DNA of 63,589 nucleotides, filler included, from Octopus bimaculoides (lineage: Eukaryota): the NCBI RefSeq assembly GCF_001194135.2. It is 6 parts of 6 records of this genome, joined end to end, with 100 filler letters (N's around TTAATTAATTAA, not from the genome) between each part and the next. Parts side by side here need not be neighbours in the genome. Positions count along the whole stretch, not along the records: positions 1 to 8,303 come from NC_068988.1; positions 8,404 to 10,590 come from NW_026360979.1; positions 10,691 to 32,174 come from NC_068984.1; 3 more parts are not named here. The stretch is one strand, 5' to 3'. This document shows positions 1 through 12,816 of this stretch, piece by piece. The position numbers and the translations under genes are program-made. Every line of letters begins with the position of its first letter. Position 1 is the stretch's first letter. The notes below the pieces were generated by a model that worked only from the letters and a program-made list of their open reading frames with translations, did no database searches and was not told the DNA's origin.

Positions 1-660
1 CATATGTATATATATGTATATGTATATCTATATATATAGGTGTATGTTTGTATATATATATATGTATATATGTGTTGTGTGTGCGTACGAGTGCATATAT
101 AATGGCTAACACATGTATAACAGTGTAAAATATACATGATGCGAGGTGTTTACATTTCTAGTAAATTATTGATTAATACTGCACTGCGTAATGATAATAC
201 ATGCCTTTAGCTAGTGAATCAATAATTTTCTAAATGTATACAAAATTATATGCAAACTAAAATGTGTGAACACACTTGCTCTATACATGCGCTCAAATTC
301 AGGCGCATGTAAACATATATGTATGTCTGTGAGTATAAATATATATTACGTTTACGTGTGTGTGCGTGCGTGTGTGTGAGTGTGTGTGCCCGTGTGTATG
401 TGGTGGAGTTAAACAAATTCGATGCATCTGAATACTTTTATGTGAGACTTACACTTGCCTTTGAAATATGAATTGTTATTGAATGACATTTTATTACAGA
501 AGATACCATATAATACAGTTTCAAAATTATATTGTTTTATTCTTTTCCTCCACAAAATGCCTGCAATATTTACTTATGATACGTTAAAATACCTGTGCTT
601 TTAAACCATTTGGGTAGATAAAATAATGCCTCACTCAAGTAATATTTGATATACGTTTTG

Positions 661-846
661 AGGCGTCGAGCTGGCAGAATCGTAAGGACGTCGGGGAAAT
701 GCTTTCTGTTCTGAGTTCAAATTCTGCTGAGGTCGATTTTGCGTTTTATTCCTTTCGGGGTCAATAAAAATGTACCAGTTGAGCACTGGAGTCGATGTAA
801 TCGACTATCCACTCCCGAAAACCACAGGTTTTGTGAGTATAATAAA
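661..846 (+). mobile_element. tRNA-derived SINE, family A, degenerate copy
   Basis: Head ggcgtcgagctggcagaatcg, B-box-like gagttcaaatt and body gaggtcgattttgcgttttattcctttcggggtcaataaa, all of which recur many times in the window. Confidence 0.75.
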
Positions 847-1467
847 AAGGGCTATATTTCTATTTAGCATGTAGTATAATGATCTTTTCAAAACCAATTT
901 CCTGTTGTATATTTCCTTAAAACAAAGGGAGAATCTCAGAATAAGTCCGCATATTTAATACATACAATAGAATACAATTATTTAGTTAAGATGTTGATGT
1001 CTTTGAAAATTATTCACGTATATTCTCTACTATTGCTTTCACTTTCTCACTAATATATTTATTTTATCGAGACCAAAAATTTACTTCATTTTAGTAATTC
1101 CATTATTAAAAACAAATATTAACCTTTACTTGTTTCACTTTTCCTTAAATTTCCTAATTCAATGACTTCGATAGGTCTGTTTGTCTGTCCCCCGTCTCTC
1201 TCTTTATGTATATATATANNNNNNNNNNNNNNNNNNNNNNNNNNNNNNNNNNNNNNNNNNNNNNNNNNNNNNNNNNNNNNNNNNNNNNNNNNNNNNNNNN
1301 NNNNNNNNNNNNNNNNNNNNNNNNNNNNNNNNNNNNNNNNNNNNNNNNNNNNNNNNNNNNNNNNNNNNNTAATTGGCACCTAAAATTATTACGGACTTCA
1401 ACAGTTGAGTAGCGACTAATCATAAGAAAGGAGTACAATGTCAACCACCTCAGGAAAAAGACCCGTT

Positions 1468-1539
<72 letters not shown>

Positions 1540-1747
1540 TTTTTCCCTCTAACTAAGCCTCCAAAAATTCACCACACATATACTTTCACACTCATGTGTA
1601 CACAGAAAGAGAGACAGAGATGCTTTCAAAACAATAACTAAAACAAAATTGACATCCTAAATTGTCATTGACTTCAACAGCTGTGTAGAAACTGACAATA
1701 AGAATACAAAATAATTTCGCCTGTCTCAGAAAAAATGACCCCTTTTT

Positions 1748-1779
<32 letters not shown>

Positions 1780-2089
1780 TCCGTTTTCTTCTTTTTCTCT
1801 CTTTCTGTTCTTTTTTGCCTTTCTCTTCCTCTAACAATTCACCACACACGTATACTTACTCATAAACATGCAAGCAATCCACATGCATACACACACATAT
1901 GTACGCAGACATACACATATAATTATAGATAACGAAATGCATTCTCTTTAACTCCAAATTTTTTCATCTATCACACAGACACACACGCAAGCATACACAT
2001 ACATGTTTGTATGTGTACATATACATACATACATGCATGCATGCATACATGCATACATACATACATGCATACATACATACACACGCGCG

Positions 2090-2114
2090 CACGCACGCAC
2101 GCACACACACACAA

Positions 2115-2194
<80 letters not shown>
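2090..2194. repeat. (CA)n microsatellite
   Basis: Direct inspection. It is one of dozens of (CA)n, (TA)n, (TATC)n and (TTTC)n arrays that generate most ORFs in the supplied track. Confidence 0.95.
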
Positions 2195-2197
<3 letters not shown>

Positions 2198-2799
2198 TGT
2201 ATACTGAGAAAAAAGTTGTTAGAATTTTGGAAAAAAATCCTTTTATTTCTTCATTATTATTAGCGCTTTCGTTCTTCTCTAGAACTTGTCAAATACAATT
2301 TTATGAATGTACAAACAGCTTGTTCAGACGTTTTCTTTTGAGTTTTCTTTAGACGAGAACATTGCTTTCGTTTTCTTGGTGAGGTTCCAAGACAATGGAG
2401 ATGGATAGATAGAAATATACGTAGGTAGATAGGCTGTTAGATAGATAGATAAATAGCTAGATAGATGGATAGATAGATAGTCAGACAGATAGACAGATGA
2501 CGAGAGGGAAAGATAGAGAAGGGGGTATCCACCTTATTCACCATTCATTCATTTATTTAATTATTTTCCCTTTACCTTTGTATCGGAATGAGTTTAAGGA
2601 CGGTGACCTCTTAAAAAAAAAAAACAGGTGCGGTATGAAAGTATTTTTGCTTTCTTTCTATCTCTCTTCTTTTTTTCCTCCTTTCTCCCTTTCTTCTTTT
2701 CTTCTTTCCCTTTTCTTTCCTTTTTCCTCCTTTCTTTCTTGTTCTCCTCTTTGAGTTATATTTGAGAATATACCCCTTCTAAACATTCATTTTTGGAGG

Positions 2800-3105
2800 G
2801 AAATTTTTGATAAAGTGTAGTTCTGCAAAACGCAAAACCTCATGTACTGCGTTACCTACCCAAACTGCAATGAAAATTACATTAGCGGAACAAATAATTC
2901 CCTCTGCCAACGTGCAAGAATCCACAGGCAACATATCCGGCAAGAAGAATTGCGCAAGATTCCATTAAGTGAGAATCTGGAAATATGTGGCGACGGAAAG
3001 TTGCAAATTTTTCCCTTTTACAAATGTGCACCGGACGATCTGCAATACCGAAAAGCAATGGAACTACAGTTCATCAAAAAATTCTCTCCAAAGTTGAATA
3101 TTTGA
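2800..3105 (+). mobile_element. Penelope-like element remnant: C-terminal GIY-YIG endonuclease
   Basis: The ORF reads (L)MYCVTYPNCNENYISGTNNSLCQRARIHRQH...RKAMELQFIKKFSPKLN. This is a degenerate xIY..YIG motif, followed by R..H, the conserved E and a terminal LN, as in Penelope GIY-YIG domains. There is a frameshift just upstream. Confidence 0.8.
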
Positions 3106-3151
3106 AAGGAAAGCAGAGACAGTACGTTTTGTACCCCTTCTCTCTCTTTCC

Positions 3152-3222
<71 letters not shown>

Positions 3223-4767
3223 CATCAGCCTACCTATATTTCTATCTATCCATCTCCATTGTCTTGGAATCTCACAAAAAAAACAAAAAAAACAAAAACA
3301 ATATTCTCTTCTAACCCCGCCCCCACCAAACATCTGTTTTATATAAATGAACAAGCTGTTTGTTCATTCACAAAATCGTATTTGACAAGCTTTAGAGAGG
3401 AACGAAAACACTAATAATTTCTAAAATTCTGACGACTTTTTTTCTCAATATTCAATACTGTATATCACACCGAACACTCTTTGTATATAATTGTATATAT
3501 ACACATACGTACATCCAGTCTTCATTTATAAAATCACATGACCTTGGAATGATAACAAGAAAAAAATAACAGAATATTACATCTAAATAGTACAGTCTAA
3601 TTCATTATTCAAAATTAGTTAAACTAAAATAGGTTTAAATATGTTTGCCAATAGCTCTTCTAAAACATGGAAATAAAAAAAAAAAGTATGAATGAAGGAA
3701 AATTTGTAAACTGTAATTCAATATAATGTGGTGTATGAGGCAACATAAGGTGTTATGTGTAACATGATCTAAGCTGCAACTTAACGTTCGTATAAGCTGC
3801 AACATAACGTGGTGTGATCTGGATCTTACGTGTTTTAAGCTGCAATAATATTTTATTTTACGTGATGTAAAGTGCAGCGTTTATTATTTTATTTAGCCAC
3901 ATCGTATTCGATGCAAAATACTTTAGAGAAATTATTTCTGGTGGGTGAAAGTAATATTCATAAACATAGGTGTGTTAATATATTGTTGAAAAAAGATGTA
4001 TTGTATATAGAGAACTCATTTCCTGGATTTACAACTTAAATTGCGGTTTTGATCAAGGTAAATCAGAACTGTTACCGTAACGTTCGAAACTTGAATCGTT
4101 TTTGTATATTTTCGTATTGGGATCAAGACATAAATAATTTGAAAGATAACTATCCTTTTCGTATCGAACGCCAATCGATCAGTGTAAAGTTTCCTATGCG
4201 ATCTATTATATATGTCCTCGGGAAAACTGATAAAGAAATATGGACTACAGATTCCCCCGTTTTTTCATTCAAGAAATACAATAACTAAAAGAGATTTCAA
4301 CACATGACATGTGTTTATTTAGTAAAATACCAGAGTTTCTCGTCCGTTTCATCTTTACAGCAAACTATTCAAAGGTGAATCCGATTAGGAACAAAAACAA
4401 CAAGAACAACAACGAAACAACAGAACCATTCCACTTGAGTGAGATAAATAACCATTGATTGATTAGTGAATTGTAGATTTCGTTGGCTTAATGCTACATT
4501 AGACTACGAAGAAGTACTGGCTCAATGAGCAGTTACAGTTCGCAAGAAACAGATATTAATTTTAGGAGAGATTATAAAGTACAACTGTTTTATTCTACCT
4601 CACAGATTTAGGCATATGACAGTATTTTAGCTTCTTTATGCATGGTTTGTTGCTATACATTGATATATTGATGTAAAGGTTAATGAGATACAGTCTAAAC
4701 GTAATTTACTGGAAGCTCTCTCTAAATAAACAGTGACGATGTCACTCCAGCCACCCCTACACACACG

Positions 4768-4816
<49 letters not shown>

Positions 4817-4948
4817 ACACACATATATATATGCACTGCACATACTCTATAGATATATACACGCACACATAAATGCACATATAGTTATGTATGTACATAT
4901 ATGTACACGTAAATGGATATATATATATATGCGCATATAACCTTTATA

Positions 4949-5063
<115 letters not shown>

Positions 5064-6101
5064 AACACACACAAGCACATGCACATGTACGTAGACACCC
5101 TTGAACCAGAAGAGATTTAGAAGAACGGTTCTCTGGTATAATCCTTACATGTTTTTACCAATACAGTCAGGTTCTTCTTGGCCTTAGGTAGACAGCATTT
5201 CTCTAGATCCCGTAATGTTAAGGCCAGCTATTTCTCTAATAACTCAAACTACAACAAAATCAAACAAGCATCCACACCATATTACCCCTCTAACTACTTA
5301 ATCGTCGAAATAAGTTGCATCTGGTAGACATAAAATGTTTAGAATATTTAAACATTTCAAACCAATAACATCCTCAAACACCTAATAATTTTGTCATACA
5401 CTTCGTCAAATAAATTAACATAATTCCATTAACCTTTGAACTCTCTAATATTCACTTTAAATGAAATACAAAAACATTTCGAATATAACACCCATAACGA
5501 CTCTTTTAACTGTTCTTCTTTTCTTTTTTTTCTTTTGCAATTTAATAATGTTGTATCAAAGAAACTCCACATTAATAGGCGATAATTCCAAAACTTAGAA
5601 TCTTGTACAATTCTGTCATTTAACGTATAAATGAAATTACTTAAAACTAGACTCAGTTAGCTCACCAATATTAATTGTATCAATTACATTATCGAACTCG
5701 CGTCTATTTTTTAAAAAATCAGCAATGAATTCAGTGCCAATAGTTTTTTTTCTGTAAATAATTATAATAAAACTTGATTTTCTAACTCGTTTAATTTAAG
5801 GAATTTCAGATGTATATGGCTAATAATTTTTCCATGCTATGCAAAATGGTATTTTATTTAACTTTCATTTTATTTAAATCCACTTCAATTTTATCCAATA
5901 ATAATTTTCATTTTTATATTTGTATTCCAATGAAGACATTCTATTATTTCGACGTAAATGTTTTATTAAATATATTTGATTAGACACTAACATTGTTTTT
6001 GTATATGAAATTATTCTCAATAGCAACATCTACTTTTCTTTAATATTATTAGATTGTAATCACTTTGAAAATGTATCTATACACACACACACAGACACAT
6101 A

Positions 6102-6800
6102 TGGGAGGTGGTATCAAAAAGTTCCCTGATTAGTTATGTAGCGCGCCAACAGATGGCAGCATATAGTTGCGAGCACAGTGAGAGCTAACAGTGACCTTCA
6201 TGACGCAGTGTGCCCAGTGACGTTGCTGTGTTTACTTTGCCTGTTGCGTAATTTATGTTTATGTGATGACGTGTATGCTGTTGTCTGCGATTTTTGTCAT
6301 GGACATGAAGTTAGAACAAAGAGCGAGCGTGAAATTTTGCGTTAAACTCGGGAAGTCAGCTGCAGAGACATTGAGCATGCTACAGTAAGGTTACGGCGAC
6401 GAGGCAATGGGTCGTACGCAATGTTTCGAGTGGCTTTAATAGGACGCTTTAATGGGTACAACAGAATCGCAGCTCAATCAAAAGAATACTCATCGTTTTT
6501 TCGACATCCACGGTATTATACATCGAGAATTCGCCCCCAGGGCCAGACCATTTGTTCTACCGCGAGGTTTTGAAGTGTTTGAGGGAGGACATTCGGCGAA
6601 AGCGACCGGATCTGTGGAGCACGTAGAATTGGATTTTTCCCGACAATGCACCCTCTTACCGAGCTCTTCTCACTTGTGAGTTCGTCGCCCAAAAACAACA
6701 TGGTATCGCTTCAGCACTCACCCTATTTGCCAGATTCAACACATGCAGACTTCCATCTCCTCCCCAAGATGAAAATTCAGCTCAAAGGTGTATTACTGCG
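6102..6800 (+). mobile_element. Mariner transposon remnant, internally deleted
   Basis: TA plus a mariner-like TIR (ggaggtggtatcaaaaagttcc). Peptides [41 protein letters not shown] (HTH), GIIHREF and HSPYLPDSTHADFHL (degenerate YSPDLAPSD). Confidence 0.85.
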
Positions 6801-7044
6801 GAAGGTCAAAACTTGTAAAAATAAGTTATTTTTCATTAAACATAACTACTCCGACAAATTTTTTATACCATTTCGTATATATGTANNNNNNNNNNNNNNN
6901 NNNNNNNNNNNNNNNNNNNNNNNNNNNNNNNNNNNNNNNNNNNNNNNNNNNNNNNNNNNNNNNNNNNNNNNNNNNNNNNNNNNNNNNNNNNNNNNNNNNN
7001 NNNNNNNNNNNNNNNNNNNNNNNNNNNNCATATATATATATCTA

Positions 7045-7888
7045 CAGGGTGTGATGGGTAAATTGTCGCCACATTACATTTTAATTTCGCGCACGCCTTT
7101 GTTTGTTTTTGATGTATATTAGGGTCTGTTGGGCACCGTCTGTGAGAAAAACAGCACCATGACGCAATTCACTCTGGCAAAAAATTTCGAAACGGCATAT
7201 CGTACTGCTTGGCATTCGCGCCGGAAGCTCCAATACGAACATTTCAGAGTGTTTGGGTGTCATTATGAATGTCTGCCGTATCCCCAATGCATGTATCAAA
7301 AGTGATAAAAATCAAACATCCTTTCAACGTCATGGTGTTTGGAGTGATCACTAGTAATGACGGTCTTATGCCTCCATTCATCTTCCCACACGGCCTCAGA
7401 CTCAACACGGACGCTTACATCAAGTGACTTGAGGAGGTAGTGCTGCCTTGGGTCAAGTGGGTGGTTGCTAGAAAACCCTATGTCTGGCAACAGAACTCTG
7501 CACCATGCCACACATGCAGGAGGACCCACTCATTGCTGTCAGACAATTACTGCCACAACATAACCCCTGACATCTGATCACCTAACTCCCCAGATTGCAA
7601 ACCCCTTGATTATTGTGTGTAGCGCAGTTGAGCCAGAGCTCAACAAAACTGCTTGTAACACCAAGGATGAACTTAAAGCAGCGAGGAGACCACCTAGAAG
7701 AGTTGCAGGAGATTCTGAAGTCGTCTAAGGGCCGTGGTTGAAGCCAATCGCGATTTTATTGAAAAAACTTACAGTTTAGTATTTCAAGATACTTTTATGT
7801 AATTTTGGTAAATATATCTCTTAAAATGACATGTCAGTGTTATTTTCATTTTTGCGTAATTTAGACGACCATTTATTCGCACACCCTA
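7045..7888 (+). mobile_element. Tc1/mariner-superfamily remnant, maT/DD37D-like
   Basis: Imperfect TIRs (cagggtgtgatgggtaaattgtcg / cgaccatttattcgcacacccta) with a 5' TA. Peptides VMVFGVITSNDGLMPPFIF, YVWQQNSAPCHT and SPNSPDCKPLDY, interrupted by stops. Confidence 0.8.
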
Positions 7889-8303
7889 CATGTGTGTATA
7901 TATATATGCACATATATATACGTATATATATATATATATATGCACACACACACACACATATATGCATATATATATATATATATATAAAGTGTAGTATATT
8001 GCCACTTAAGTGTGGCTGACCCCTAGGGGTGGATGTTACTGTTGCTTTTAGCCCCAGGAGGACATCTCCTCCAGCTGGCTTATCGACACACGACTGTGTC
8101 CTGTTTGCCAAGGGAAGTTATCCCTCTCACCACGATCTGCAGCACGAACGGATCCGGATTTCAGGGTTATTTCCCTTCGTCGGCGTTCGATAGCTACTGA
8201 CCTTGGTGAGAGAGACAAAAACCTGGCAATCTTATATCTACTTTTCCAGTGAATTTCTTCACTGATATCGAAAAGGTGAAAACAAGCAATGTTAATTCTC
8301 TAA

Positions 8304-8403
8304 NNNNNNNNNNNNNNNNNNNNNNNNNNNNNNNNNNNNNNNNNNNNTTAATTAATTAANNNNNNNNNNNNNNNNNNNNNNNNNNNNNNNNNNNNNNNNN
8401 NNN
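8304..8403. other. Assembly linker 44N-TTAATTAATTAA-44N
   Basis: An identical 100-bp structure also occurs at 10591-10690, 32175-32274, 53132-53231 and 56101-56200. TTAATTAATTAA gives stops in all six frames. Confidence 0.9.
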
Positions 8404-8477
8404 ATATGTATATATATATGCATATAAATATATGCATATAAATATATGTATACATATATATATATGTATATATTTTA

Positions 8478-8697
8478 TTTATTTAAAAGCAGCAGAAATA
8501 TAACAAAAAGCTGTTACTCTGAGTTTCACGTTCCCGTTCATCGGACAGTAAACTCTCCGATGAACGGGAACGTGAAACTCAGAGTAACAGTCTTTTGTTA
8601 TATTTCTGCTGCTTTTAAATAAAACATATTACTCTACCTCTGGTATTTGAGTTCTCTTTTTTCCACCTTGTTGCACATTTCATGTGCTTACTCCGGT
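8478..8697 (+). mobile_element. Penelope pLTR-like repeat with inverted duplication (68-bp arms) and hammerhead-like motif
   Basis: Arms 8478-8545 and 8556-8623 are reverse complements with about 2 mismatches. The right arm carries actct-CCGATGA-acg/ggaa/cgt-GAAAC-TC-agagt. Confidence 0.55.
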
Positions 8698-8938
8698 ATA
8701 TATGTATATATATTTATATATGTATATTTATATATATATATATGTATTTATATATATATGCATATATACATAGATATATGTATATGTGTGTGTGTATGCG
8801 TGCGTGTGTGTGTGCGTGCGTGTGTGTGCGTGTGTGTGCGTGTGTGTGTGTGTGTACGTACGTAAGTAGGCATATGTGCGTATTTACACTCCCTGAGCTC
8901 TCTGTTCACTCGACCATCCCTCCATACATCCTATCCAG

Positions 8939-9080
8939 GTCAGCCATTACCATCTTCCCTCAAAGAACTGATGGGAAACATGACTTCCGCATCTGGAACG
9001 CCCAGATTATTCGATACGCTGGTTACAAGAACCCGGATGACACTGTCACAGGAGATCCAATCAGCGTTGAGTTCACCGAG
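8939..9080 (+). CDS. NOS: Nitric oxide synthase, internal exon of the oxygenase domain
   Basis: Polypyrimidine tract and ccAG acceptor, GTACGT donor, 142 bp. It encodes (R)[47 protein letters not shown], closely matching metazoan NOS with the conserved exon boundaries. No other NOS exon was found in the window. Confidence 0.95.
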
Positions 9081-9929
9081 GTACGTATAGAACATTGTTG
9101 TTATTGCAGTTGCTGTGCTAATTCCGCTTTCTGTTGCGATGACAACGTCACCGCTCTCCATTCCTTGTTTTGTTTTCGCTGTTCATGGGATTTGTTTTGT
9201 TATTTTAGTTTAGTTGTTGTCGTTATTTTTGCTGTTGCTGTTGTTGTTGTTGTTGTGATTAATATTGCTGGTGTGATCCTTGCTATCATTGCTGTTGTTT
9301 TTGTTGTTGCTGCTGATGTTATGATTGTCATTTTTTGTTGTTTTTATTCTTATTGTCATTGTTGTTGCTGTTGTTATGGCTGCTCTTCTTGCAGTTGCTA
9401 TTGTTGTTTTGATGATGACAATGATGATGACGAGGATGATGATGATGATGATGATGATGATGTAGTTGTTCTGGTAGTATGTTTAGTGTTGCTGTTGTTG
9501 TTGTTGCTGTTGCTGTTCTGCGCATGTCATGGTACTTGTTGCTGTTGCTGTTGTTGTTGTTGTTGGTGTAGGTACGGTTGTTTATGTAACTATATTTTTA
9601 TGTTGTTTGTATGTTTATATATCACCTATGATGTTTGTGTGTGTATATAAGTGTATGTGTATGTGTGTGGTTATATGTGAGTGTTTGTGTATGAGCCTCG
9701 TTTAACCCCAGGTCAGTCCTGGTAGAACAAATCTATGATCAGGTACTTTAGTCGTGCGGTTGTACTTACGACTATATTAATGAAGGCGGCGGTGATTGTG
9801 GTGGTGGCGGCGGCAGTGGTGGTGGTCATGGTGGTGAATTTATTTTGCTTATTTCTGGTCGTAGACGTTCCTCCATAGCTTGTGTGTAGTAGTGTAAGTA
9901 GTGGTGGAGATGGTGGTGGTGGAGGTGGT

Positions 9930-9946
9930 GGTAGTAGTAGTAGTAA

Positions 9947-10011
<65 letters not shown>
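9930..10011. repeat. (TAG)n microsatellite within a wider field of trinucleotide repeats (about 9100-10040)
   Basis: Direct inspection. Confidence 0.95.
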
Positions 10012-10013
<2 letters not shown>

Positions 10014-10690
10014 TGTTGTCGTCGGCGTCGTTGCTTCTTTTTGCTTGAATGATCCTCTTGATGAATAATAATTTCTGGATTTTATCATGCCATTCATGTG
10101 GTGAAACTTTAAGTAGCAAATTATATCCACCTGGTAGGTTTTATTAATATAATATGTTATATTATATTTTATTGAGTTCTCTACACTTATTTTATGTTGA
10201 TTCAGCTTACAATATATGTGTGATTATTTGTGCTTGTGGGGTCTAGGTGCGAGAAGATGTGTCATAGTGATGTACTATAGTTCTAAATTTACCAAGTGAA
10301 CGCTTCTTTTCATGTATAATAACATCTTTCCTTTCAGCGGTTTTATCAGTAGTAGGAATCAGATTGGTCCAGTTGTAATAATTTTGGAGCAAGCAGCTAT
10401 CAGAAGCCACCCGCAGTTTCGAAATCGTTTACAAATTCATTGTAGCAGTCCCATACGTCTTTGAATATCTTCTTGTCTACGTGTGTTCAGCGAAGCGGAT
10501 TTTTGGCTTCAAGTACGGATTCCTGGGGGAAGATATGCTTATAGTCGGGCCAAAGTTGTCCAGACTGTTGAAAAATGGTTTTAACATTCCNNNNNNNNNN
10601 NNNNNNNNNNNNNNNNNNNNNNNNNNNNNNNNNNTTAATTAATTAANNNNNNNNNNNNNNNNNNNNNNNNNNNNNNNNNNNNNNNNNNNN

Positions 10691-11038
10691 AATTTATCGA
10701 ACCCGAAAGGATGAAAGGCAAAGTCGATCTAAGCGGAATTTGAACTCAGAACGTAAGGGCAGACGAAATACCGCTAAGCATTTCGCCCGGCGTGCTAAAG
10801 CTTCTTTTTTTCTTTATTGCCCACAAGGGGCTAAACATAGAGGGGACAGACAAGGACAGACAAAGGGATTAAGTCGATTGGATCGATCCCAGTGCGTAAC
10901 TGATACTTAATTTATCGAACCCGAAAGGATGAAAGGCAAAGTCGATCTAAGCGGAATTTGAACTCAGAACGTAAGGGCAGACGAAGTACCGCTAAGCATT
11001 TCGCCCTGCGTGCTAACGTTTCGGCCAGCTTGCCACCT
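10691..11038 (-). mobile_element. SINE family A, two tandem units with a period of about 180 bp
   Basis: aatttatcgaacccgaaaggatgaaaggcaaagtcgatctaagcggaatttgaactcagaacg occurs at 10691 and again at about 10909. Confidence 0.8.
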
Positions 11039-11102
11039 CAAAAGCTTAGATTCAACTAACCAATACCTTGCCTGTGGAACGTAACTGTGCAGAATCCCAT
11101 CA

Positions 11103-11264
11103 TCTTTTACTTGTTTCAGTCAATAAAGTGCAGCCATGCTGGAGCAACACCTTGAAGAACTTTTAGTCGACTCTATTGATCCCAGTACTTTTTTAAGCCT
11201 GGTACTTATTCGATCGATCTTTTGCTGAACCGCTAGCTTACGGGGACGGTAATACACCAATACT

Positions 11265-11296
<32 letters not shown>

Positions 11297-11425
11297 NNNN
11301 NNNNNNCGTCTACCAAATCCAGTCACAAGGTTTTGGACGGCCCAAGACTCCAGAAAAAAAAACACTTGCCCAAGGTGCCACGCAGTGGGACTATTCAGAG
11401 CCATGTGATTGAGTATCAAACTTCT
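11103..11425 (-). mobile_element. tRNA-derived SINE, family B
   Basis: ttttacttgtttcagtca...atgctggagc...acttgcccaaggtgccacgcagtgggact; the same motifs recur at more than 10 loci. Confidence 0.75.
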
Positions 11426-12739
11426 TACCACAAGGTATCATGTCATGAAAATGCATACCCTGTTGTTTTGGATGCACGATTCATGGTCTTAAGGTCGTGG
11501 GTCCGTTTCCTGTATTGGACGGTGCAGTGTTACTTTGAGAAAGACACTTTATTTTGCATTGCCCTAGTCTACGGTGTTAAAAATGGATACCAGTACTGGA
11601 CATCCCTGTTTTACTCTAACTACAATATGCCTGATACTTCAAAGGTCCATGATGGGAGGACCGAGAGGGTGTCTACATCTGCTCACGCCCTCACTGACAC
11701 ATAAATCAGTAAGAGAAAGTAAGGATCATACTTACGAGAGACGGCATTGGTTCATAAATATATAAAACCTTGTGACTGGATTTGGTAGACGGGAACTAAA
11801 AGAAGCCCATCGTATATATATATATATATATATATATNNNNNNNNNNNNNNNNNNNNNNNNNNNNNNNNNNNNNNNNNNNNNNNNNNNNNNNNNNNNNNN
11901 NNNNNNNNNNNNNNNNNNNNNNNNNNNNNNNNNNNNNNNNNNNNNNNNNNNNNNNNNNNNNNNNNNNNNNNNNNNNNNNNNNNNNNNNNNNNNNNNNNNN
12001 NNNNNNNNNNNNNNNNNNNNNNNNNNNNNNNNNNNNNNNNNNNNNNNNNNNNNNNNNNNNNNNNNNNNNNNNNNNNNNNNNNNNNNNNNNNNNNNNNNNN
12101 NNNNNNNNNNNNNNNNNNNNNNNNNNNNNNNNNNNNNNNNNNNNNNNNNNNNNNNNNNNNNNNNNNNNNNNNNNNNNNNNNNNNNNNNNNNNNNNNNNNN
12201 NNNNNNNNNNNNNNNNNNNNNNNNNNNNNNNNNNNNNNNNNNNNNNNNNNNNNNNNNNNNNNNNNNNNNNNNNNNNNNNNNNNNNNNNNNNNNNNNNNNN
12301 NNNNNNNNNNNNNNNNNNNNNNNNNNNNNNNNNNNNNNNNNNNNNNNNNNNNNNNNNNNNNNNNNNNNNNNNNNNNNNNNNNNNNNNNNNNNNNNNNNNN
12401 NNNNNNNNNNNNNNNNNNNNNNNNNNNNNNNNNNNNNNNNNNNNNNNNNNNNNNNNNNNNNNNNNNNNNNNNNNNNNNNNNNNNNNNNNNNNNNNNNNNN
12501 NNNNNNNNNNNNNNNNNNNNNNNNNNNNNNNNNNNNNNNNNNNNNNNNNNNNNNNNNNNNNNNNNNNNNNNNNNNNNNNNNNNNNNNNNNNNNNNNNNNN
12601 NNNNNNNNNNNNNNNNNNNNNNNNNNNNNNNNNNNNNNNNNNNNNNNNNNNNNNNNNNNNNNNNNNNNNNNNNNNNNNNNNNNNNNNNNNNNNNNNNNNN
12701 NNNNNNNNNNNNNNNNNNNNNNNNNNNNNNNNNNNNNNN

Positions 12740-12816
<77 letters not shown>

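Noticed and set aside
6452-7529. Short ORFs as host genes
   Set aside because: They are broken frames or antisense frames of the mariner and maT transposase remnants.
8682-9650. 322-aa ORF as a full gene
   Set aside because: Only 8939-9080 is NOS-like and bounded by splice sites. The rest is translated microsatellite and intron sequence.
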